DNA from: an uncultured bacterium
GTDB lineage: Bacteria > Actinomycetota > Thermoleophilia > Solirubrobacterales > 70-9
Length of the DNA: 64,000 nucleotides
Reading direction: 5' to 3'
NCBI GenBank assembly: GCA_963720685.1
Contig: CAVRGF010000008.1
Coordinates: 89-64,088 of the forward strand
In this document: positions 53,149 through 60,843 of the stretch, one piece after another
How the letters are laid out: each line of letters opens with the position of its first letter
Position numbering within the stretch: the first letter of the stretch is position 1
Translations under genes and position numbers: made by a program
The notes under the pieces: model-generated
Database searches by the model: none
Seen by the model: only the letters and a program-made list of their open reading frames with translations
What the model was told of the DNA's origin: nothing

Positions 53149-54558
53149 CTGCGAGCTCGTCTTCTCCTGGCTTCGGCCTACCTGCTGCTCCTGGCGATCG
53201 TCGCGCTCGGCATCCCGCTGGCGCTCAGTCTCCGCGACCGGGTCGACACCGAGGTCCGATCACAGGCACGCAGCCAGGCCGACGTGGTCGCCGCGACCAG
53301 CGCGGAGCTCGTCGGCCGCGGCAGCCGTGCGACGCTCGACAGCCTGGCCAGGAAGTCGGCGCACGCCGTCCGCGGACGGGTGATGGTGGTGTCCGGCTCA
53401 GGCCGGGTGATCGCCGACAGCGCTGGCGGCTCCACGCTCGGGACCAGCTACCGCTCGCGGCCGGAGGTCAAGACCGCGCTCGGTGGCACCAGCTACCAGG
53501 AGACCCGCCCGAGCCAGACGCTCGGGACCGAGCTCTTGGCGACCGCGGTCCCGATCGTCCACGGAGGGCTCACGGTTGGTGCCGTGCGGGTCACCCAGAG
53601 CGTCGAGGCGGTGAACAGCGCCGTAAGGCGGGCGATCGTCGGCCTGGCGCTGCTCAGCGTGATCGTTCTCGCCCTCGGACTCGCCGCGGGGGCACTGATC
53701 GCCCAGCAGATCGCCCGCCCGATTCGCCGCCTCGACGTCGCGGCCCGCAGGGTGGCAGCGGGCGACCTCGACGCGCGGGCCCCGGTGGAGGGAAGCAGCG
53801 AGCAGCGCTCGCTGGCGGCGAGCTTCAACGAGATGACGGTTCGGGTCTCACGACTGCTCAGGATGCAACGTGACTTCGTGGCCGACGCCTCGCATCAGCT
53901 TCGAACTCCGCTCACCGGCCTGCGCCTCCAGCTCGAGGAGCTCCGCGAGACGACCCCCGATCAGGACCCCCGCGCCAAGCGGCTGGACGCGGGCATGTCG
54001 GAGGTGGATCGCCTCTCGCAGATGGTCGACGAGCTTCTCGTCCTGAGCCGGGCCGGCGAGCACGACCAGCCGGCGATCGACGTCGATCTGGCGCGAGTCG
54101 CCGACCGGGCGCACGAGCGCTGGCAGAAGGCCGCTGACGACGCCGGAATCGAGCTCGTGCGGATGAGCCCGGATGGCTCCTCGACTGTCCGGAGCACCGT
54201 CGCCGACCTCGATCGAACGCTCGATGCGCTGATCGAGAACGCGATCCGCTACGGCCCACCCGGGTCGCGAGTCACGATCGTGAATGGAAGGAGGCGGCTC
54301 GAGATTCTCGACGACGGCCCCGGGCTGGAGCCCGGTGAGGAGGAGGTGGTGTTCGAGCGCTTTCACCGCGGACGGGCTGGTCGACGGGGCGTCAAGGGGA
54401 CCGGCCTGGGTCTGCCCATCGCCCGCGAGCTGGTCGAGCAATGGGGGGGCTCGGTGACGATCGCCAACCGAGAGGAGCGCGGGGCTCGCGCTGTGATCGA
54501 GTGGTCGCATTCGGGCCCGTCGGCCGGGGCTCGCAAGCGGGGAGGGAACCGAGCATGA
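53149..54558 (+). CDS. Sensor histidine kinase (TCS-2); start codon unresolved
   Basis: H-box SHQLRTPLT; N/G boxes NAIRYG, DDGPGL, GTGLGLPIAR; HAMP. TM1 (LLLASAYLLLLAIVALGIPLAL) begins right after the RR stop. There is no in-frame ATG/GTG/TTG between 52807 and 53287, so I place the start at CTG 53149 provisionally. Confidence 0.8.
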   Translation: MRARLLLASAYLLLLAIVALGIPLALSLRDRVDTEVRSQARSQADVVAATSAELVGRGSRATLDSLARKSAHAVRGRVMVVSGSGRVIADSAGGSTLGTSYRSRPEVKTALGGTSYQETRPSQTLGTELLATAVPIVHGGLTVGAVRVTQSVEAVNSAVRRAIVGLALLSVIVLALGLAAGALIAQQIARPIRRLDVAARRVAAGDLDARAPVEGSSEQRSLAASFNEMTVRVSRLLRMQRDFVADASHQLRTPLTGLRLQLEELRETTPDQDPRAKRLDAGMSEVDRLSQMVDELLVLSRAGEHDQPAIDVDLARVADRAHERWQKAADDAGIELVRMSPDGSSTVRSTVADLDRTLDALIENAIRYGPPGSRVTIVNGRRRLEILDDGPGLEPGEEEVVFERFHRGRAGRRGVKGTGLGLPIARELVEQWGGSVTIANREERGARAVIEWSHSGPSAGARKRGGNRA

Positions 54559-54899
54559 CTGGTTGGCTTCGATGGACGCTTCTCGCATTGCTCGGGTTGG
54601 CCGTCGCCGCCGCGATCTCGGTCGCGGCCAGCAACCTGGTGAGCCAGCGGATCGGCCTCGCCTCCGAGCCCTTGTCCGCCGGCCGGGAGCTGGCGCCGCC
54701 TCCGCGGGGCGAGGGACGACACCCCAACGACCGTCACTCCGGTTCGACGACAGCTCCGACGACCACTCCGACCACGACCGCGGCACCGCCGGCGCCGAGT
54801 GTGCCGACGGGTGGCCCCTACTCGGGTCCGACGACGACGCCCGCGCCCCGCCCTTCTCCGCCTGGAGGAGGTACCGAGCACGACGGCGGCGACGACTGA
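54555..54899 (+). CDS. Small single-pass membrane protein with Pro/Thr-rich tail, coupled to HK-2
   Basis: ATG overlaps the HK TGA (ATGA). 114 aa. TM WTLLALLGLAVAAAISVAA. The tail ends ..PPGGGTEHDGGDD, similar to the P1 and P2 C-termini. Confidence 0.5.
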   Translation: MTGWLRWTLLALLGLAVAAAISVAASNLVSQRIGLASEPLSAGRELAPPPRGEGRHPNDRHSGSTTAPTTTPTTTAAPPAPSVPTGGPYSGPTTTPAPRPSPPGGGTEHDGGDD

Positions 54900-55129
54900 G
54901 GATGCCGCCCCCGCCGGCGGGAAACCCGAACCCTTACGCTGCTCGATCCCGACCCTCCCCGACGCCCGCTCGATGTCGAGGTTGCCCTTCCAAGTGAATG
55001 GCACAAGGAGCCGATGACGATGGACCCCTCAGGCCACCCGACGTCGGGTGGCGGCCTCCCGCGCTTTACCCAGACCCGGGTAGGCTGGCTTCAGTGAATG
55101 ACGGGTCGCATCCCGAGGAGGCGGCCTCG

Positions 55130-56068
55130 ATGGGCCCCCCTTGTTGTGCCCCAGACGCGCGGCACGACGCACCGGTCGAGCCAGCCGTGGCGATCAACCC
55201 CAGGGCTGCGGCCCCCCTGGCCGACGACATGGTCCTGATCAGCAGCGGCTCATTCGCGATGGGAAGCGACGATGCTTGGGCCTACCCGGCCGACGGGGAG
55301 GGACCGGTACGCGAGATCACACTCGATGCCTTCTGGATCGACACCGTGGCGGTCTCCAACGAGGCCTTTGCTTCCTTCATCGAAGCGACCGGATACGCCA
55401 CGGAGGCGGAGCGGTTCGGCTGGTCGTTCGTCTTTGCGGGGCTCCTGCCCGACGACTTTCCGCCCACCCAGTCGGTGGTTCAGGCACCATGGTGGCGAAA
55501 GGTCGAGGGGGCTGACTGGCGGCACCCGGAGGGCCCACATTCATCGCTGGAGGAGCGCCTCGATCACCCCGCGGTGCACGTCTCCTGGAACGACGCTCGG
55601 GCGTACTGCACATGGACCGACCGGCGCCTGCCGACCGAGGCGGAGTGGGAGTTCGCGGCCCGCGGCGGACTTGATGGCAACACCTTCCCCTGGGGCGACG
55701 AGCGTGAGCCGGGCGGCGAGCATCGGATGAACGTTTGGCAGGGCGTCTTCCCGACCACGAACACCAACGCCGACGGCTATTACGGAACCTGCCCCGTGGA
55801 CGCCTTCCCGCCCAATGGCTTCGGGCTCCAGAACGTGACCGGCAACGTCTGGGAGTGGGCCGCCGACTGGTTCGATCCTCGGTTTCGCGAGCAGGATCGA
55901 GACCACGATCCCCGTGGCCCGACCGCAGGCACGATCAAGATCCAGAAGGGCGGCTCATACCTCTGCCACGACTCATATTGCCGCCGGTATCGAGTCGCGG
56001 CCCGGCAGGGCAACTCACCGGATAGCTCGGCTGGGAACGTCGGCTTTCGCTGCGCGCACGACGGGTGA
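55130..56068 (+). CDS. Formylglycine-generating enzyme (SUMF1/FGE family)
   Basis: ATG 55130 lies 8 nt after GAGGAGG. 312 aa. N-terminal PPCCAP, then GSFAMGSD, HPAVHVSWNDARAYC, RLPTEAEWEFAARGG, NVWEW, GGSYLCH.SYC.RYR.AAR. Confidence 0.85.
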   Translation: MGPPCCAPDARHDAPVEPAVAINPRAAAPLADDMVLISSGSFAMGSDDAWAYPADGEGPVREITLDAFWIDTVAVSNEAFASFIEATGYATEAERFGWSFVFAGLLPDDFPPTQSVVQAPWWRKVEGADWRHPEGPHSSLEERLDHPAVHVSWNDARAYCTWTDRRLPTEAEWEFAARGGLDGNTFPWGDEREPGGEHRMNVWQGVFPTTNTNADGYYGTCPVDAFPPNGFGLQNVTGNVWEWAADWFDPRFREQDRDHDPRGPTAGTIKIQKGGSYLCHDSYCRRYRVAARQGNSPDSSAGNVGFRCAHDG

Positions 56069-56071
56069 GCG

Positions 56072-56105
56072 GCCCGTCGATCATCCCTCCCCTGATGGGA
56101 CGGGC
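56072..56105. terminator. Imperfect hairpin between convergent FGE and DUF1269-like genes
   Basis: gcccgtcgatca ... tgatgggacgggc (7+4 bp with a bulge). Confidence 0.3.
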
Positions 56106-56135
56106 ATCAGCCTTGCGGGCCCCTCATGGTGGGAC

Positions 56136-56648
56136 CTAGGTGCCCTCTTCGGACATCCTCTTCTGAGCGTCCGCGAGCGCGCCCTTCACCGCCTGGACGT
56201 GGCGCCCTTCGGCCTCGCCTTTCGCCTGCTTGATGGCCCGCGAAATCGCGGGCTCGACCTTCTCGGCCTCGGGCTTCGAGTAGACGACGATCAGGCCAGC
56301 GCCGCCGAGCGGGATCGTCTCACCCGCCTGATCCCCGATCTTGTCGGCGGCCTTGTGATGGAGCAACTTGCCGGCGCCTGCGCCGAGCGCCGCCCCGATC
56401 GCCGTCGTCGCCAAGAGGGGCGGAGCGGCCAGGCCGATCGCCAATCCAACGCCGCCGAGGGTCCCCGCGCCCTCGCGAACCATGTGGTCGGTCTGTACGA
56501 CCGAGAGGTCGCCCTCCAGGTCCTTGGCGACGAGCGCCATTCCCTGCAGCTCGCCGCCGCTTGCCTGGACTGCCTCGTAGTCCTCCTCGGCGGCGTCCTT
56601 CGACATGTAGCCGCCGATCAGGACGTCGATCGTGTCGTGGATCTTCAT
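56136..56648 (-). CDS. DUF1269-like glycine-zipper membrane protein
   Basis: 170 aa. N-terminal alpha/beta domain (..DAAEEDYEAVQ..ALVAKDLEGDLSV), then Gly-zipper helices GTLGGVGLAIGL..AIGAALGAGAG. Immediately downstream of the arylsulfatase gene. Confidence 0.55.
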   Translation of the reverse strand: MKIHDTIDVLIGGYMSKDAAEEDYEAVQASGGELQGMALVAKDLEGDLSVVQTDHMVREGAGTLGGVGLAIGLAAPPLLATTAIGAALGAGAGKLLHHKAADKIGDQAGETIPLGGAGLIVVYSKPEAEKVEPAISRAIKQAKGEAEGRHVQAVKGALADAQKRMSEEGT

Positions 56649-56672
56649 AAGGACGTCCTCACCGCACCCGGG

Positions 56673-59087
56673 TCAGGCCGAGAGCGCGTGCGCGGTGTGT
56701 CCATGGCGCTGGGCTGTGTGCAGCTCATGGGCCACCTCCTTCGTGGGCTGGGGCTTGATCTCGAAGACGACCTTCTCGATCGTCCCGGTGAACTCGAACG
56801 GCTTGCGATCCTCGTACGCCGGGTCGACCACACCGCCGTTGTCCCGTCCTATGTCCATCCCCGCGTAGCCGGAGAAGCGGATCGGGACCGTGTGGTCCAT
56901 GCGGCCCTTGCCCACGGCCCGGTCGCCGATGAAGAGCGTCACCTCGCCTCCGGTCGCCGGCTTCGGCTCGTCGGCGGCGAACTCCATCCGCACCGTGACC
57001 TCGCCGCCGGGCAGCTCCTCCTCGGCCTGCTGGCGAAAGACGAAGACGCCCATCATCGAGTAGGTGTGCGTCAGCCTGCCGCCGTCGACAAAAAGCGAGA
57101 AACCCCCCAGGTGGTCGGCCTCGGCAACGATCACCCCTTCGGCGCCGCCCTTCGGGATCACCAGGTCGGCGCTGATCGAGTAGGAGTGGTTGTAGATCCG
57201 CGGGATCATCCCCGAGAGGACGTTTTGGACGTCGCCGCGGAACTCGTACCTGGCGACCTCGGGCAATGGCGGCACGATGCCGAAGAACGGTGCAAGCGTG
57301 GCGAGCAGGGGCGTCACGTTGTACTTCTCGGCCTCCTGCCAGAAGAGCTCCTTGAGCTCTTTCACCCTCTCCGGTCGCTCCGCGGCGAGGTCATGGGCCT
57401 GTGAGAAGTCGTCGGGCAGGTAGTAGAGCTCGACGGGATCCTGATCGGGGTCCCAAGTACCAGGCGTGTACGGCTTCAGCGCCTCCGGGGTGATCACCCA
57501 GGGGACGCGCTCCGTCCTCATCGCGAGCCACCAGCCGTCCTTGTACATCGCCCGATTGCCGATCGTCTCGAAGTACTGCTGCGTGTGGCGCTCGGGGGCG
57601 TCCGCGTCCGTGAGCGAGTCGGCGAACGTCTCGCCGTGCATGGGCTGCTGCTCGATGCCGTCGATGTGGGTCGGCATCGGTACGCCGGCGATGTCGAGGA
57701 CCGTCGGCCCGATATCGATCACGTGGGTGAAGTGGGTGCGGAGCGTGCCGCTCTCCTTGATCCTGTCGGGCCAGTGGACGACCATCGGGTTGCGTGTGCC
57801 CCCGAGGTGCGAGCCCACCTGCTTTCCCCACTTGAACGGCGTGTTGCCCGCCCATGCCCAAGCCGCCGAGTAGTGCGGCGCCATCATCTGGTTTCCCCAC
57901 GCCTCAACTCCCCCGTAGCGCTCCGAGAGCTGCAGCTGCATCTCGTCCGTCAACGGGATGCCGTTCTGCATCGTCAGCTCGTTGAACGAGCCGGTGATCG
58001 TGCCCTCCATGCTGGCGCCGTTGTCGCCCCAGATCCAGAACACCAGCGTGTTCTCGAGCTCGCCGAGCTCGTCGATCGAGTCGATCACCCGCCCGACGTT
58101 GTAGTCGGCATTCTCTGAATAGCCGGCATAAACCTCCATCTGCCGTGCGTAGAACGCCTTCAGCTTGTCCGGCACGTCCTCCCAGGCGGGAAACGCCTCA
58201 TCGCGTTCCGTCAGCTCCGCGTCCGGAGGGATGACCCCGAGCTCCTTCTGCCTGGCGAAGGTCTCCTCGCGCAGCTCGTCCCAGCCCTGGTCGAACTTGC
58301 CCTTGTACTTCTGGGCCCACCTGTCCGAAACGTGGTGCGGCGCGTGGCTACACCCGGTGGAGAAGTAGGCGAAGAACGGCTTCGTGGCGTCCTGGGCCCG
58401 GATCGCGTGCAGCCACTCGATCGTCTTGTCCCCCATGTCGTCGGGCAGGTAGTAGGGGTCGTCGCCATCGTCGCCGTAAAAGGCCTCGGGGGTGCCGATG
58501 ATCTTCTGGTTCTCGGCCAGGCATGGGTCCCACTGGCCGGAACCTCCGCCGAGGAAGCCGTAGAAGTAGTCGAAACCCCAGCCGACGGGCCAGCGGGTGA
58601 ATGGGCCGGCCGGGCCCTGCTGTCCGTCAGGCGTCAGGTGCCACTTGCCGAAGGCGGCCGTGCAGTACCCGTTGTCCCGCAGGATCCTCGGGAAGGGAAC
58701 GCAGTCATCCGGGACGAACGCCGTGTAGCCCGGGAAGCCTGTCGAGAACTCGCCGACCGAGCCGAAGCCGACCGCGTGGCTGTTGCGGCCAGTGAGCAAC
58801 GCCGCCCGCGTTGGCGAGCAGAGCGCGGGGACGTGGAAGCGGTTATAGCGGACGCCCTCGTCCGCCATCCGGGTGTAGTTCGGTGTGTCGATCGGCCCGC
58901 CGAAGGTGGCGGGGTTGCCGAAACCCGCGTCGTCGATCAGCACCACCAGGACGTTTGGGGCCCCATCGGGAGCCTCGACGTGGCCGATCGCCTCCCAGTC
59001 CGGCTGCGAGCCGTCGAGCGTGCGTTTGGTGACCCCGCCGAAGGGAGGCATGCGGATTGGCAGCTTGCTTCGATCGGGCTGGCTCAT
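56673..59087 (-). CDS. Large arylsulfatase (type I, formylglycine-dependent)
   Basis: 804 aa. GGAGG SD. NVLVVLIDDAGFG, the CSPTRAALLTGR FGly motif (CxPxR), and GKWHL. Confidence 0.9.
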   Translation of the reverse strand: MSQPDRSKLPIRMPPFGGVTKRTLDGSQPDWEAIGHVEAPDGAPNVLVVLIDDAGFGNPATFGGPIDTPNYTRMADEGVRYNRFHVPALCSPTRAALLTGRNSHAVGFGSVGEFSTGFPGYTAFVPDDCVPFPRILRDNGYCTAAFGKWHLTPDGQQGPAGPFTRWPVGWGFDYFYGFLGGGSGQWDPCLAENQKIIGTPEAFYGDDGDDPYYLPDDMGDKTIEWLHAIRAQDATKPFFAYFSTGCSHAPHHVSDRWAQKYKGKFDQGWDELREETFARQKELGVIPPDAELTERDEAFPAWEDVPDKLKAFYARQMEVYAGYSENADYNVGRVIDSIDELGELENTLVFWIWGDNGASMEGTITGSFNELTMQNGIPLTDEMQLQLSERYGGVEAWGNQMMAPHYSAAWAWAGNTPFKWGKQVGSHLGGTRNPMVVHWPDRIKESGTLRTHFTHVIDIGPTVLDIAGVPMPTHIDGIEQQPMHGETFADSLTDADAPERHTQQYFETIGNRAMYKDGWWLAMRTERVPWVITPEALKPYTPGTWDPDQDPVELYYLPDDFSQAHDLAAERPERVKELKELFWQEAEKYNVTPLLATLAPFFGIVPPLPEVARYEFRGDVQNVLSGMIPRIYNHSYSISADLVIPKGGAEGVIVAEADHLGGFSLFVDGGRLTHTYSMMGVFVFRQQAEEELPGGEVTVRMEFAADEPKPATGGEVTLFIGDRAVGKGRMDHTVPIRFSGYAGMDIGRDNGGVVDPAYEDRKPFEFTGTIEKVVFEIKPQPTKEVAHELHTAQRHGHTAHALSA

Positions 59088-59229
59088 CGTCTACCTCCGA
59101 ATCTCAGGGCGAATGCGGCGAGGAGTCCGATCGCCTGACCGCTTCGTTCAATGCGCCGACAGGACGCTCATGCGATGCGTCCAGCGTCACGGCGCTCAGC
59201 CGCCAGCAAACCAGACCGTTCGGCATGCA

Positions 59230-59281
59230 TCATCACCCGAATCAGATGATGTCGAAGCGTGCGCCGCCCGAGATGCTGGTT
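59230..59281 (+). promoter_or_regulatory. Conserved 52-nt element, copy B (divergent promoter region)
   Basis: tcatcacccgaatcagatgatgtcgaagcgtgcgccgcccgagatgctggtt. See copy A at 33937-33988. Here catcatc (59228-59234) can pair with gatgatg (59245-59251). Confidence 0.6.
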
Positions 59282-59365
59282 GCGAGATCGTGCACGGTGC
59301 ATAGAGTGCTGGGCTCAGCTCGCCATCCGGCCGCATGACGCGGTCGCTACCAAAGGAGACCGTCT

Positions 59366-59740
59366 ATGAGAGGTGCCGGCCGAGTCATCTTCGCAGGAGT
59401 CCTGCTGCTGATCGCGGGAACGCTCAATGTCATCTATGGCATCGCCGCGATCGGTGATGCCAACTTCTACACCAGCTCTGGGACGCACTACGTATTCGGA
59501 ACCCTCCACACGTGGGGCTGGATCACCCTGATCCTGGGCGTCATCCAGCTCACCGCCGGGTTCTCGCTGTTCGGCGGCGGAGCGTACGGCCGCGTGATCG
59601 GGGTCATCGCCGCGAGCCTCGGCGCGCTCGGCGCGCTGCTGGCGATCGGGACGGTGCCCTTCTGGTCGCTGGGCGTCTTCGCGATCTGCCTCTGGGTTGC
59701 CTACGGCCTGATCGTCTACGGCGAGCCCGAGCAGGTCTAG
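59366..59740 (+). CDS. Small four-TM membrane protein (HdeD/DUF308-like)
   Basis: 124 aa. AAAGGAG SD. Helices rich in G/I/L with repeated ..LLIAGTLNVIYG.. / ..LILGVIQLTAGF.. patterns. Confidence 0.55.
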   Translation: MRGAGRVIFAGVLLLIAGTLNVIYGIAAIGDANFYTSSGTHYVFGTLHTWGWITLILGVIQLTAGFSLFGGGAYGRVIGVIAASLGALGALLAIGTVPFWSLGVFAICLWVAYGLIVYGEPEQV

Positions 59741-59748
59741 CCGTATCG

Positions 59749-59778
59749 GCGGGAGCCTGGCGTTCGCCAGGCTCCCGC
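59749..59778 (+). terminator. Perfect 13-bp GC hairpin after the HdeD-like gene
   Basis: gcgggagcctggc - gttc - gccaggctcccgc, starting 9 nt after stop 59740. Confidence 0.6.
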
Positions 59779-59925
59779 ATAGCTCTATCGTCCATCAGGG
59801 CTGAGGGCGATCGAGACCGATCGATTTCACCCGGTTCGGCTGATGCGCGGCACGCTTCGGCTTCTGTTGCATTGACGCCGCTGGAGACCACGAGCACCTA
59901 CGACCCGTCGCAAGGAAGGATCGCA

Positions 59926-60219
59926 ATGCCCATCATGAGAAGACGACCCCTGATGAGAGCCGCGATGGTCGGCGGCGCCGGATACGCAGTGGGAAAGCAC
60001 CGCGCCGCAAAGGCCGAGCAGGAGCAGGCGCAGAACGCGCCCGTCGCCGCGCAGACAACGCCCCAGGAGCAACCGCCGGCCGCGCCGCCGCAGGGGGGTC
60101 AAGGCTCGGAGGCCGACCGGATCGAGGCGCTGACGAAGCTCAAATCGCTCCTCGACTCCGGGGTTCTGACCCAGGAGCAGTATGAGTCCGAGCGCCAGAA
60201 GCTGACCGAGGGCATCTAG
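59926..60219 (+). CDS. SHOCT-domain small protein
   Basis: ATG 59926 after AAGGAAGGA. 97 aa. N-terminal Gly-rich anchor MRAAMVGGAGYAVG. C-terminal IEALTKLKSLLDSGVLTQEQYESERQKL (SHOCT signature). Confidence 0.7.
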   Translation: MPIMRRRPLMRAAMVGGAGYAVGKHRAAKAEQEQAQNAPVAAQTTPQEQPPAAPPQGGQGSEADRIEALTKLKSLLDSGVLTQEQYESERQKLTEGI

Positions 60220-60246
60220 CCCACCCACCGAGGAGAGGAATACGAG

Positions 60247-60738
60247 ATGGAACTGGCACCTGTGCAGCTGCTCGTCGTCGGCTTCGAGCACGGCAAGTTC
60301 GAGGGCAAGGTCCTCGCCGAGCTTCGACGCCTGCGCGAGCACGACATCATCCGCATCGTGGATCTGCTGTTGGTCGCCAAGGACCAACAGGGCGAGATAG
60401 CCAAGCTCGAGCACAGCGACCTCTCGCAGGAAGAGGCGATGGAGTTCGGAGCCTTGGCCGGAGCGCTCCTGGGCCTGGGAGCGGGCGGCGAGGAGGGGGC
60501 GGAAGCCGGCGCCGTCGCCGGCGCGATCGCCGCGGAGGATGGGTCGGTTCTCGATGACGACGACGTCTGGTACCTGGCCGATGCGATCCCACCGGGAACC
60601 GCGGCGGCGATCGCCCTGATCGAGCATCGCTGGGCGATCCCTCTGCGCGACGCAATCCAGGCGGCCGGCGGGCAGGCCCTTGCCGACACATGGGTTCACC
60701 CAGAGGACCTGGTCGCGATCGGGGCGGCATCCGGCTGA
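60247..60738 (+). CDS. DUF6325-like protein
   Basis: 163 aa. APVQLLVVGFEHGKFEGKVLAELRRLREHDIIRIVDLLLVAKDQQGEI, then a Gly/Ala-rich middle and a second half-domain. Family name from memory. Confidence 0.5.
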   Translation: MELAPVQLLVVGFEHGKFEGKVLAELRRLREHDIIRIVDLLLVAKDQQGEIAKLEHSDLSQEEAMEFGALAGALLGLGAGGEEGAEAGAVAGAIAAEDGSVLDDDDVWYLADAIPPGTAAAIALIEHRWAIPLRDAIQAAGGQALADTWVHPEDLVAIGAASG

Positions 60739-60843
60739 TGTAGGTCGGGCGCCGGCGGATCGGGCTCCGGGACATTCGGTCTGTCCAGGAGCTTTCCGGG
60801 GTAATGTGGGCGTGGAGTTGGTGAGCATGGACGGCTTCACCCC

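Noticed and set aside
59228-59260. Possible fluoride (crcB-motif) riboswitch, because of the ..CAGAUGAUGUC.. segment.
   Set aside because: The upstream GGxGAUGG / AACCGCC-type elements I remember from that motif are absent. The downstream genes are not CrcB/EriC-type, and the order of elements does not fit.
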